Source of the DNA: Candidatus Thorarchaeota archaeon
GTDB lineage: Archaea; Asgardarchaeota; Thorarchaeia; Thorarchaeales; Thorarchaeaceae
Length of the DNA stretch: 60,074 nt
Assembly: GCA_048882325.1 (NCBI GenBank)
Contig: JBHLRS010000019.1
Span: forward strand, 1 to 60,074
Direction of reading: 5' to 3'
Below the pieces are notes generated by a model, which saw nothing but the letters and a program-made list of their open reading frames with translations, searched no databases and was not told the DNA's origin. Shown here piece after piece: positions 21,514 to 30,871 of the stretch (its first letter is position 1; the number at the start of each line of letters is the position of its first letter). The translations under genes and the position numbers were made by a program.

Positions 21514-22851
21514 TTAAACCATTGAGCTGAGCACATCAGCGCACTCTGGTGCTAAGAGGAATGGATTGAATCCTTCACCAATGACCTGTCTTATTTCATC
21601 TAGCCGCTTCTTCTTGTCTGCATCAGAGAACGGCCACTTGTGCTCTGGCTTGGGTGTGACACCCAGCTCCTCGCACTTGTCAACAATGGCTAAGACTGTG
21701 TTGAGTAGTTCCTGTCCGGTCTTGCCCTCAGGTCTGATCTCCCTTGAGTGCAGAATGAGTCCGTAGGTAGGTGTGTTGTCACCCAAGTACCACTTACTTG
21801 GTCCGTGTCCGTACTTTGCAAATGGAGTCATGCCATGATTAAGAAGCAGTGCGTCAATCTCATCTAGACTGTCCTGCAGCTTCAGCAGGTTGTCATTATG
21901 GAACCCATACCCCTCGAAGAGGGCGAATTGCACTCCCTCATTGGGATTGCGTTTGGGAAGTTTGATTCGAATATCCTTCATCCGGGCTAGTTCTGAGGTA
22001 TCGAGTGGTTTGAAGTCTGTGATGTCTTTGATGTCTCCCTCGTTCTCCTCCGGAAACTCGAGGATGAGCAATGGTGGATTAAAACCCTCACGAACATCCT
22101 CATGGGCTATAGTGATTGCCTCTCCATATCGTATAGGACTGTTCCTCGCAATCATATCCGTTAAGACCATTCCTAGAGCATTACAATCTGGAAACTCAAC
22201 AAGACCACCAACCAGTTTCTCTGTTAAGGTAGGCCTGATGAGGAGTCGCATCTCTGAAATGAATCCGAGAGTCCCATGTGAGCTTGCCACGTCATGAAGC
22301 GTGACGCCAATCTTGTTGAGTCGCTCCTCGAGGTTTGCATCATTACTCTTGACTCCCTCGTTGTCAACTGTCAACAGACGACCATCATAGAGGACCATCT
22401 TCACACGAATGGTGTTGTCCCTCATTGTCCCATTTACCCATGTGTCATTCCCTCCACCGTCAGTACTAAGGATCCCACCAACAGTGGCGATATCTCTGCT
22501 ACTTGGGGCTACATAGAAGTGCATGTCCATGGGCGCAAGAAAATCATTGATCTGATTGGGATTGATGCCCGGTTGCACATCGATGTATCCTTGATCTTTC
22601 GATACCGAGAGGATCTCCTTCATCTGAAGACTACTAATCATGACTCGTTCATCATCCCCTCCTGTACAAGCGCCGCTCAGTCCGGAACCTCCACCCTTAG
22701 GAGTGACGGTGAAACTATTGGTTTGGGCATGCTTGACTGCAGCAACGACTTCCTGTGTGTTTCGGGGATAGTAAACACCCTTGATCTTTCGGAAATTGAG
22801 CTTGTAGTACATACTCGCATTAGCACCAATAACAACATCTCTGATCCGCAC
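21514..22851 (-). CDS. FAD-binding oxidoreductase (GlcD/D-2-hydroxyacid dehydrogenase-like)
   Basis: YPRNTQEV, PKGGGSGLSG, VQPGI, ATVGGILSTDGGG, SHGTLGFISE. Confidence 0.85.
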   Translation of the reverse strand: MRIRDVVIGANASMYYKLNFRKIKGVYYPRNTQEVVAAVKHAQTNSFTVTPKGGGSGLSGACTGGDDERVMISSLQMKEILSVSKDQGYIDVQPGINPNQINDFLAPMDMHFYVAPSSRDIATVGGILSTDGGGNDTWVNGTMRDNTIRVKMVLYDGRLLTVDNEGVKSNDANLEERLNKIGVTLHDVASSHGTLGFISEMRLLIRPTLTEKLVGGLVEFPDCNALGMVLTDMIARNSPIRYGEAITIAHEDVREGFNPPLLILEFPEENEGDIKDITDFKPLDTSELARMKDIRIKLPKRNPNEGVQFALFEGYGFHNDNLLKLQDSLDEIDALLLNHGMTPFAKYGHGPSKWYLGDNTPTYGLILHSREIRPEGKTGQELLNTVLAIVDKCEELGVTPKPEHKWPFSDADKKKRLDEIRQVIGEGFNPFLLAPECADVLSSMV

Positions 22852-24009
22852 TCAATCAGCACCTCCTTGAAGTGACGATGATAGGAGTTCAACAATGTCC
22901 TTTGTCTTCAGGTCTTGTCCAAGCAGTTGTTCCCTGCATGAGGGGCATGCTGTGATCACAGTCGTTTTCTTTACACCCTCTCGGGCAGCTCGCAACTGCA
23001 TCACCTTATCACTGAGGTTCGGATCTGTCATCCTAAGGAGCCCACCTCCACCACAACAACTAAGGTCCATCTCTTTGAACTTAATACCCATCTTGTTGAT
23101 GACAGACCTCGGTTCTGTCTTTATCCCCAAAATCCTATGAAGCTCGCAAGGGTCGTGATATGAGAACTCTTCCGTCTGATTGTATTGAGGAATGGTCTCA
23201 AGTGTCCTATCAAAGAACTGAGTGTGATGAAGTGCTTCCACATTTTCCAAATTATGATGTTCTCTGAGTTGCATCAAACAACCCGGACAGCAAGTAATGA
23301 TTTTCTTTGCTTGAGCCGCCTCAACAACACTTTTGTTGTGTTCTCTTAGCATCTGTGCTCCGTCGTCATCTCCCATTAGATAGAGAGGATGTCCACAGCA
23401 GAACTCCTCAGACCCCATTACCAGATAATCGACTTCAAGCCTTTCTAGAGTCTTTAATAGCGACCTCAGTACATCGATTTGGCTTCCTCTAAACGACATA
23501 AGACAGCCAAGAAACACCATGACCTCTGCTGTCTTGCCCTTCTCGTATACTCGATTCGCCAATCCCGGGATTTCATCCTCCAGCTCATCAAGCCAATAGA
23601 TAGCTCTGTCTTCAGCTGGAAGACCATAGATGTTCTTCACATTGGACAGTGCATGCTTGAGAGGTTCCAGGTATTCAAACTCCTCAGGTGCTGTTTCTAT
23701 CGCTCTGGCCCTCTGTTCATGCCAAATCTTTAGCAAGTCCACCCCTGAAGAGCACGTTTCTTCACAGCGCCCACATAATGAACACTGAAAGAGAAGGCGT
23801 CTGAACTCCTTTCCAAGTTCTTCATCCGATTCTATCTGGTCCATGATCTGTAGCAGATAGATCTTGCCCCGTGGTGAGTACTGTTCCTCGCCTGTTGCAT
23901 CAAACATAGGGCAAAACATTAGACACGAACCGCATCTGACGCATTTATCATAGGACATGTTTGTTTCTCCGGGATTTCTAGGAGTGGCTACATATTTCCA
24001 AGTGCCCAC
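22852..24009 (-). CDS. (Fe-S)-binding protein with 2x[4Fe-4S] and CCG domains (GlcF/HdrD-like)
   Basis: CVRCGSCLMFCP, CSLCGRCEETC, EFCCGHP, YHDPC, CCGGGG, TACPSC. Confidence 0.88.
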   Translation of the reverse strand: MGTWKYVATPRNPGETNMSYDKCVRCGSCLMFCPMFDATGEEQYSPRGKIYLLQIMDQIESDEELGKEFRRLLFQCSLCGRCEETCSSGVDLLKIWHEQRARAIETAPEEFEYLEPLKHALSNVKNIYGLPAEDRAIYWLDELEDEIPGLANRVYEKGKTAEVMVFLGCLMSFRGSQIDVLRSLLKTLERLEVDYLVMGSEEFCCGHPLYLMGDDDGAQMLREHNKSVVEAAQAKKIITCCPGCLMQLREHHNLENVEALHHTQFFDRTLETIPQYNQTEEFSYHDPCELHRILGIKTEPRSVINKMGIKFKEMDLSCCGGGGLLRMTDPNLSDKVMQLRAAREGVKKTTVITACPSCREQLLGQDLKTKDIVELLSSSLQGGAD

Positions 24010-24113
24010 TTAGCTCAGCGGGTGGGACATACTCTTCTTAATAATGTAGTGCAATGGAATATCTTGATTGAGATATAATACACAAAACGATTGAGGCAAA
24101 AGATAAGGGAGCG

Positions 24114-24134
24114 CCTCCCTGATATGCAGGGAGG
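24114..24134 (-). terminator. Hairpin downstream of the malic enzyme gene
   Basis: CCTCCCTG-ATATG-CAGGGAGG, followed on the minus strand by a T-rich tract. Confidence 0.5.
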
Positions 24135-24148
24135 TTCCTGATGGAGTT

Positions 24149-25507
24149 TTATATGGGTGCCTTCGGAATGAAGCCTTTCTCATAGAGAACTTCTGAAGCT
24201 CCACGTGCACGCTTGATGACCTTCTCAGCATGCTTGTAGAGTTCTTTCTCCTCCCATTCTTTCTTAGCAATCCCCTGCTCGATTGCTTTCATACCAACTG
24301 CTGTTGCCTCCAGTGGATACAATTCCCACTGGTCCATGGTTGGTATAACCTTTCGCTCACTGGCTTCCTTTGCGCCAAGGTCAGCAAGAGCCTGAGCCGC
24401 CGCGATGCACATCTCATCAGTGATTGTGGTCGCACGTACATCGAGGGTGCCACGGAAGATTCCTGGGAAACCAAGTGAGTTATTGATCTGGTTGTCAAAG
24501 TCACTACGACCTGTTCCTACAATTCGAGCACCAGCATCCTTTGCGTCCCAAGGCCAGATCTCTGGTAGCGGATTCGCGCAGGCATAGACAATTGAATCAC
24601 TTGCCATCTTCGCGACCCACTCTTTCTTCACAGTATCGGGAACTGGTCGTGATGCAGTGATGAGCACATCGATTCCTTCAATGATCTCGCCAAGATTTCC
24701 AGTCATTCTCTCAGGGTTGGTCTTCTGGGCCAAGTCATACTTGAAGGTGTCGTAGTCCTTATCCTTCACGATGTCCTCACGGTCTGCATAGATTGCACCC
24801 TTGCTGTCCACCATGATAATATTCTTTGGATCAACTCCAGCTGCTATGAGGAGATAAGCTGTTCGTGTGTTAGCTGCACCAACACCCAACATAGCCACTG
24901 TGACATTCTCAATATCTTTCTTTACGACATTCAGACCACCGATAACACCAGCCAGCACAACAGTTGCTGTGCCCTGAGCATCGTCATGCCACACGGGGAT
25001 GTTGACATCTGGGTCATTTCTCAGCTCTTCCAAAACCTTGTAGCATTTTGGCTTTGAAATGTCCTCAAGGTTGATACCTCCAAAGGATGGCTGGAGAAGT
25101 TTCACAAATTCGATGATCTTGTCAGGATCCTTTGTGTCAACGCAGACAGGCCATGCATCAACACCACCGAGGTACTTGAAGAGGATTGACTTTCCCTCCA
25201 TGACAGGACCTGCAGCGAGTGGGCCAATGTCACCGAGACCAAGCACACGGGTTCCGTCACTTACGACAGCGACCATGTTTCCCTTGTTCAGATGTTCATA
25301 AGCCATCTCAGGATTATCTTTAATGTCCAAGCATGGTTTTGCCACACCTGGGGTATACCAAATAGCAAAGTCCGAGAAGTCACGAACAGGTGCTTTACCA
25401 ATACTCATGATCTTGCCCTGGTAAAAAGGATGAAGGACCATAGCGTCCTTTCCTGGTTTCTCAGCCTTTTTCTTCAACTCTTCGACAGAGAGCTTTTTTT
25501 CAGACAT
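24149..25507 (-). CDS. NAD(P)-dependent malic enzyme
   Basis: YTPGVA, VSDGTRVLGLGDIGP, PVMEGK, GGINLEDI, WHDDAQGTA, ANPLPEI, GTGRSDFDNQINN; start moved to ATG 25507. Confidence 0.95.
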   Translation of the reverse strand: MSEKKLSVEELKKKAEKPGKDAMVLHPFYQGKIMSIGKAPVRDFSDFAIWYTPGVAKPCLDIKDNPEMAYEHLNKGNMVAVVSDGTRVLGLGDIGPLAAGPVMEGKSILFKYLGGVDAWPVCVDTKDPDKIIEFVKLLQPSFGGINLEDISKPKCYKVLEELRNDPDVNIPVWHDDAQGTATVVLAGVIGGLNVVKKDIENVTVAMLGVGAANTRTAYLLIAAGVDPKNIIMVDSKGAIYADREDIVKDKDYDTFKYDLAQKTNPERMTGNLGEIIEGIDVLITASRPVPDTVKKEWVAKMASDSIVYACANPLPEIWPWDAKDAGARIVGTGRSDFDNQINNSLGFPGIFRGTLDVRATTITDEMCIAAAQALADLGAKEASERKVIPTMDQWELYPLEATAVGMKAIEQGIAKKEWEEKELYKHAEKVIKRARGASEVLYEKGFIPKAPI

Positions 25508-25647
25508 TATGTGAGCTCCTTTGTCTCCTTCAGACGAGCTGTATATACCCGTCAAGCACGTGTCGCAGCTCAAATGACCGGTTTAAGTGTATCCGTCTGA
25601 CACAGTTAGGAGAGGTTGTGGAAACATAACCACATCATCGCATTGAT

Positions 25648-26406
25648 ATGATTAGAGATTCATTGACAGGTATGCCCGGAGTCGGTGATGAATTTCACTC
25701 TGCAACCAAATATGAACGAGGAAAGCTGCCCGGACATCGATTGGACTGGAGTACAAAGCCCTCGGTATACAAGAAATACCCTGATGCCACGAAGATCGAT
25801 CTTCCTCCTCCAGTTGTTCAGGGAGGACCTGGACTCTGGGAGGTGTTGAGGACTCGAAGGAGTGTACGGGCGTATACTCAAGATGCAATGAGTCTGGGAA
25901 ACCTCTCACAGATTCTTTGGGCAACCCAGGGAATCACTGCTTCAATTGGGAATCATAGACTCAGAACAGCGCCTTCTGCAGGAGCACTGTATCCTATTGA
26001 AACCTACCTTCTTGTCAACCGAGTTGATGGTTTAGAACCCGGAATCTATCATTTCGATGTTGAAGCATTTCAACTTGACATTCTCAGGTTGGGTGATTTC
26101 TCAAGAGAGGTGAAGACAGGAGCCCTTGACCAACAGATTGCAGAGCGTGCATCGGTTGTGTTCATCTGGAGTGCAATATTCCAGAGGTCAAAGTGGAAAT
26201 ACCTTCAGAGAGCATATCGATACATCTTCTTGGATGCAGCACATATTGCACAGAACCTAGCTCTTGCAGCAGAGGGACTCAGCCTAGGGAGTTGCCAGAT
26301 TGGAGCCCTCTATGATGACTACCTCAATGAACTCCTGGGATTAAATGACAATGAAGAGAGTGTTATCTATTTGAGCAGTATCGGTAGACCAAGTAAGTTA
26401 GGATAG
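25648..26406 (+). CDS. SagB/ThcOx-family nitroreductase-like flavoprotein
   Basis: RRSVRAY, RTAPSAGALYPIE, YLQRAYRY..DAAHIAQN. Confidence 0.9.
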   Translation: MIRDSLTGMPGVGDEFHSATKYERGKLPGHRLDWSTKPSVYKKYPDATKIDLPPPVVQGGPGLWEVLRTRRSVRAYTQDAMSLGNLSQILWATQGITASIGNHRLRTAPSAGALYPIETYLLVNRVDGLEPGIYHFDVEAFQLDILRLGDFSREVKTGALDQQIAERASVVFIWSAIFQRSKWKYLQRAYRYIFLDAAHIAQNLALAAEGLSLGSCQIGALYDDYLNELLGLNDNEESVIYLSSIGRPSKLG

Positions 26407-26411
26407 GAACA

Positions 26412-26885
26412 CTACAGCTTCAATCCCCAGAAGTCTACTAGTTGTTCCGCATGCTTCTTTGACCGGACCTTGTCCGTTCCTTCAGAGCCACCAAAGATGC
26501 CCTCGATCTTACCATTCTCATCAATAAGATACGTTATTCGTTTTGTACCTGCTCCTAAGATGTTCAACCGACTCTTAGCATTGTACAGCTCCGCAATTTT
26601 GAAGTCCTCATCAAGAAGGATGTTGAATTGAAGTTTGTGTTTTCCTCTGAATTTTTGATGGAGTTCTGCAGAGCCCCCGGATATTCCAAAGATTGGGATT
26701 CCTGCACTTTCAAAGAGCTGATAGTTGTCCCTTAGGGAACAGGCCTCAGCTGTGCAACCAGGTGTGAAGTCTTTAGGGTAGAAGTACAATGCTATCTTCT
26801 TACCTCTGTAATTGCTTAACTTAAACACCCTACCTTCGTCGTCTTCGGTTTCGAAATCTGGAGCTTCGTCTCCTACTTTGAGCAT
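26412..26885 (-). CDS. bcp: Peroxiredoxin Bcp/PrxQ (copy 1)
   Basis: GDEAPDF, YFYPKDFTPGCTAEAC, RITYLID. Confidence 0.92.
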   Translation of the reverse strand: MLKVGDEAPDFETEDDEGRVFKLSNYRGKKIALYFYPKDFTPGCTAEACSLRDNYQLFESAGIPIFGISGGSAELHQKFRGKHKLQFNILLDEDFKIAELYNAKSRLNILGAGTKRITYLIDENGKIEGIFGGSEGTDKVRSKKHAEQLVDFWGLKL

Positions 26886-26896
26886 AACAAGTCCCC

Positions 26897-27379
26897 CTAC
26901 AATTTGAGGTCCCAGAACTTGATGACTTGGTCCGCATGTTCCTTGGTCTTGACCTTCTCGATACCTTCTGGACCACCAAAGATCCCCTTAATTTTACCTG
27001 TTTCATCGATAAGGAATGTCGTTCTTTCAATACCCATGTACTCCTTCCCGTACATACTTTTCTTCTTATAGACGTCATAGAGCCTAGCTATTTCAAACTC
27101 CTCATCCATCAGAAGTGGAAATGGTAGATTGTTTTTCTCCTTGAAATTCTGGTGTGACTTCTCAGTACCCCCTGAAACTCCAAAGACTGGAATATCTGAT
27201 TTCTCAAACACCTCAAAGTTATCGCGAATGGAACAAGCCTCAGCTTGACACCCCGGAGTGTTGTCCTTTGGATAGAAATAGAGGAAGACCTTCTTCCCCT
27301 TGAAACTACTGAGCTTTATTGTTTCCCCACTCTCAGTGGTTGTCGTGAACTCAGGTGCCTTATCGCCTATTTGTAGCAT
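26897..27379 (-). CDS. bcp: Peroxiredoxin Bcp/PrxQ (copy 2)
   Basis: GDKAPEF, YFYPKDNTPGCQAEAC, MYGKEYMGIERTTF; start moved to ATG 27379. Confidence 0.93.
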   Translation of the reverse strand: MLQIGDKAPEFTTTTESGETIKLSSFKGKKVFLYFYPKDNTPGCQAEACSIRDNFEVFEKSDIPVFGVSGGTEKSHQNFKEKNNLPFPLLMDEEFEIARLYDVYKKKSMYGKEYMGIERTTFLIDETGKIKGIFGGPEGIEKVKTKEHADQVIKFWDLKL

Positions 27380-27516
27380 GATTGTCATCTCCAAGATAAA
27401 ATTAACAATAATTAATACAAACCAGCGTTATCGAGTAATAAGGATTTGCATCTATCCTTGTTCATTAGCAATCCTTAAAGAGCAAGTCGCACGCAGTCCC
27501 TTTAGATTTAGGCGGA

Positions 27517-28536
27517 GTGAAGATGGCGCAGCGCATCGTGACTTACAAGCCTTTGGCAACAGTTTTCGCATTGATAGTCATTGGAACTTTCTTGTTCCTA
27601 GTGGCTGGCTACTATGTCGCAGATTTCTTTCTTCCTACTGAAACATGGAACTGGGCAAACATTCTGCTATTCTTCATTGGTCTACCTGTCCTGGTTGCAG
27701 CTCTTGGGTTTTATATCGGTTGGTACGGAAAAAGAAATGCTGTGGAGTACACTGATCCGACCTGGACAGTTGCACCGGTTCAGATGACAATTGACGACGC
27801 AGAAGCTCTAGTCAAACGTCACCGGCGGCGATATTGGAGACTTGTGTCAAACAGCAATTATTGGACATTTTTCATTCCCATCGGTTTACTGCTGTTTATG
27901 GCTGCTCTGCCAGTTTATCTCGTCATCGAGCAGCCGACTCTCAATGGACTTGACTATTGGATGTTTGCAGTTTCTCTTGCATTAGTCTACGCAGTTGCAT
28001 CCATCGGTTCATTGCTTGCTACATCAAATGATGCCTCCGAAGATTTCAACATGCTCCTAGTACGAGAGGCAATCACACTTGCCAAGGCACAAGAACAGAT
28101 TCCTGGACTCTCTCAAGTTCGAGTTGTGTTTGATAAGGGGGAGATTGATAGTTACGAGATGTATGAGAGTCCTAGAGTGGTGTCTCGAATTGTTGGAATT
28201 GAAAAGGATGCATACATCGAGTCTTGGGCTGAGGACCTACATGCTGTCAATCGAGTCCTCTGCAGACTTCGTGAATCTGATGGTACGCCTCAGGTTGTTT
28301 GGTGGTGGGTTTCTACTGATCGAAACTTCCGTAAGTTTGTGGGCACGGATGAAAAGGGCTACTATGTTCAGCTCCCAGTTAAGTCCAAAGTGAAACGTCT
28401 TGGTGTCAAAGACATTGTAGCTGTGTTTCAAAATGCAGTGGCGATAACCATCTTGGAGTGGCTACGTATTCACGGTGAGAAAGAGGAGCTATTTGAGATT
28501 CTTATGCAGCTTAACGCTGTACCTCCTGAGGGATAA
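27517..28536 (+). CDS. Uncharacterised 4-TM membrane protein with C-terminal soluble domain (paralogue A)
   Basis: Two hydrophobic hairpins separated by a P-x-W linker; similar to the next two ORFs. Confidence 0.75.
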   Translation: MKMAQRIVTYKPLATVFALIVIGTFLFLVAGYYVADFFLPTETWNWANILLFFIGLPVLVAALGFYIGWYGKRNAVEYTDPTWTVAPVQMTIDDAEALVKRHRRRYWRLVSNSNYWTFFIPIGLLLFMAALPVYLVIEQPTLNGLDYWMFAVSLALVYAVASIGSLLATSNDASEDFNMLLVREAITLAKAQEQIPGLSQVRVVFDKGEIDSYEMYESPRVVSRIVGIEKDAYIESWAEDLHAVNRVLCRLRESDGTPQVVWWWVSTDRNFRKFVGTDEKGYYVQLPVKSKVKRLGVKDIVAVFQNAVAITILEWLRIHGEKEELFEILMQLNAVPPEG

Positions 28537-28539
28537 GAA

Positions 28540-29478
28540 TTGACCGAAGGTCCTGTTCGAATTGGATCTTTCCTTAGCTATCAGATTGCAATTTTCCTCC
28601 TCGTTTTCATCTGGACCATCATTGGTTTTCAAGTTGCTCAAATTCATTTAGTTCCACTCTATGAAGATCCACTCAGATGGATTACATGGTCAGCATTTGT
28701 GTTTGTAAGCATCATCCCTATCATCACTCCTGTAACTTGGAGAATGAAGACTCAGGTGGTTTTCATAGAACCTGTATGGGATTTTCGCAAGAGAGAAGTC
28801 ACCCTGCAAGAGTATGAAAATATGATGAACCAGTATAGAAGTGAGTATCGTAATTATCTCTCAGTGATTGACATCAGACTTTTACTTATCGCTTGTATCA
28901 TTCCATTCTTCGCCATGTTTGCACCATTTCTTCTCATGAGATCAACCATTCTTCTTATCGCAGCAACGCCTATCATTTTCGGTGTCTTCGTTTTGCTTTT
29001 TGGTCTGGTCTATAGTGCTATGATTTTCAAGTTCATCCCAAATGAGGCGACTCCCCACTTTCCGATTACTTCCTCGAACAAACTTGACCCTGTGGTTGAG
29101 ATATTACAGCAGACTCCTGGCATCTCATGGGTAGGAATAAGTGTGAAACTAGGCGAAGCCTCAGGATTCTACACCATAAGGGATACAACACCGGTATCAA
29201 GGATTGAAGGAATCGAAAGCGTAGGAATGCTCCGTGGAGAGTATGATGATTTGGGCGAAATCTCACGAGTTGTCGCATCTCTGATTTTGGATGACACAAA
29301 ATCTCCGAAAGTCACAGGGGAATCTTCTGACTTGACTTCTGTCAAACGAATGTCTGAATTGGTTCTGGCAACCTTGGAGGAGTATATTGAGATGAAGGGT
29401 GAAGATGAGCTTCTTGATGAGGTCATTGAGGAGGTCACTCACTTCATGAAACGTTTTGAAAACAAGGACGAAATCTGA
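28540..29478 (+). CDS. Uncharacterised 4-TM membrane protein (paralogue B)
   Basis: Same architecture and motifs as its neighbours; starts 3 nt after the upstream stop. Confidence 0.75.
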   Translation: MTEGPVRIGSFLSYQIAIFLLVFIWTIIGFQVAQIHLVPLYEDPLRWITWSAFVFVSIIPIITPVTWRMKTQVVFIEPVWDFRKREVTLQEYENMMNQYRSEYRNYLSVIDIRLLLIACIIPFFAMFAPFLLMRSTILLIAATPIIFGVFVLLFGLVYSAMIFKFIPNEATPHFPITSSNKLDPVVEILQQTPGISWVGISVKLGEASGFYTIRDTTPVSRIEGIESVGMLRGEYDDLGEISRVVASLILDDTKSPKVTGESSDLTSVKRMSELVLATLEEYIEMKGEDELLDEVIEEVTHFMKRFENKDEI

Positions 29479-29533
29479 CCATCGTAGAGCTTATCACTCC
29501 CTACGTTCTCAGAGTCACGTGGGATGGATTGGA

Positions 29534-30499
29534 TTGACTGAAGAGAAAATCATTGATTATAGTCGACAGAGGAACGTGAACCGAGCTTTTGCAATCATCG
29601 CAGTTCTCTTTGCTGTTTTGGGAATTGCTCTGAATTATCTTGATGCAAGCAGTCTAAACAGAGTAATCGTCTTTATTGGGATACCTGTTGCTCTCTTCCT
29701 TGTGTCACTGGGCCTAGGTGCTGGTTCAAAGAGAGCTATTGACTACATCCCAGGTGAATGGGAACGTAGAAAGACATGGGTGAGTTTCTCTGACTATGAG
29801 AGGATGGTTGACGATTATGAAGAAGCCTATGGTGAGTTGTACTCAAATCCAGGTGACACACTGACCTGTTGCTGTTCACTCATCTTTATCCTAGTGCTTG
29901 GTGGACTGATCTATGTTACTCAGTTGGCAGGTCTGGTTCTCCTTGATTCAACCTCCGATCCAATTCTCTTCATTGTTCTTGAGTGCAGTATGGTTGCTGT
30001 TATTGGATTTGTCCTGGGCTTTAGAATCCCATCAATCGATGCACAGGAGTTCTTCACACGACCTATCAAAGGTGATGTCTACAACTTCGCTAGGGAGCTA
30101 GCAGTGGTTCCAGGCATCAGAGCTGGAATGAATGTCGAAGTAGGTGTTCGCGCAGGTGTGCAAACGATAATTGATTCTGAAGTCAAGGCGTATGTTCAGA
30201 ATCTTCCTGAAACGGTGCAAATTCAAGTACAGGTTTCGCACTCTGGCTTTGCCTATCCATATCTTGTTGGGACAGCTTACAAAGGTGGTAGTGTTTCACC
30301 TCGTGAGGATACTTTCCGAATCGCTACACGGTATCCAGCTCGCTTGGAGTATTCTATGGATGACGACGTCATGGTGATAGTGGCTCGTTTCGATATTCCC
30401 TCACGCACCAGCAGTGTCCCACATATCTCGATGGGTGATTTTAGAGAGCTCGCGGCTCTACTCGCAGTGGAGTTGCAGGACAACTATAAACCTCAATAG
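29534..30499 (+). CDS. Uncharacterised 4-TM membrane protein (paralogue C)
   Basis: Same architecture; likely start TTG 29534, which removes the overlap with paralogue B. Confidence 0.7.
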   Translation: MTEEKIIDYSRQRNVNRAFAIIAVLFAVLGIALNYLDASSLNRVIVFIGIPVALFLVSLGLGAGSKRAIDYIPGEWERRKTWVSFSDYERMVDDYEEAYGELYSNPGDTLTCCCSLIFILVLGGLIYVTQLAGLVLLDSTSDPILFIVLECSMVAVIGFVLGFRIPSIDAQEFFTRPIKGDVYNFARELAVVPGIRAGMNVEVGVRAGVQTIIDSEVKAYVQNLPETVQIQVQVSHSGFAYPYLVGTAYKGGSVSPREDTFRIATRYPARLEYSMDDDVMVIVARFDIPSRTSSVPHISMGDFRELAALLAVELQDNYKPQ

Positions 30500-30574
30500 A
30501 CGGTATAGACACCTTTAATTAATGGTCAAACCGGCTGATGGTGTGACTTGAACGCACTAGGAAGTTGGTATTGA

Positions 30575-30868
30575 ATGGCTTCAGGCAATTGGACGAACAA
30601 ATGGGTGTTGATTCTCATTTTAGGGATTCTAATTCAGTTAATCATATACCCATCAGTTTGGATTCTCCAGTTATTTGCTCATGACTACTTTCTTGATGTG
30701 TTCGTCGTTTCTCTTGCTTCTCTGGTCGTTCAGATTGGAGGGTTCGTCACAATCATGACCAAGACGAGGGGAATGGACCCCGCGATTTATGGACAAGGAC
30801 GGCCCTTTCAGCACAAACTCCGTGAAGAGGACGAGGATGTGGCCACAAGAAAGCCAACCTTTGATTGA
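30575..30868 (+). CDS. Small 2-TM membrane protein
   Basis: Two hydrophobic helices and a charged tail; AT-rich promoter-like element upstream (~30514-30522). Confidence 0.65.
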   Translation: MASGNWTNKWVLILILGILIQLIIYPSVWILQLFAHDYFLDVFVVSLASLVVQIGGFVTIMTKTRGMDPAIYGQGRPFQHKLREEDEDVATRKPTFD

Positions 30869-30871
30869 GGA

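Noticed and set aside
25648-26406. SagB-like dehydrogenase as part of an azole RiPP cluster
   Set aside because: No YcaO or precursor nearby, about 17 kb from the rSAM locus, and stand-alone SagB-type nitroreductases are common in archaea
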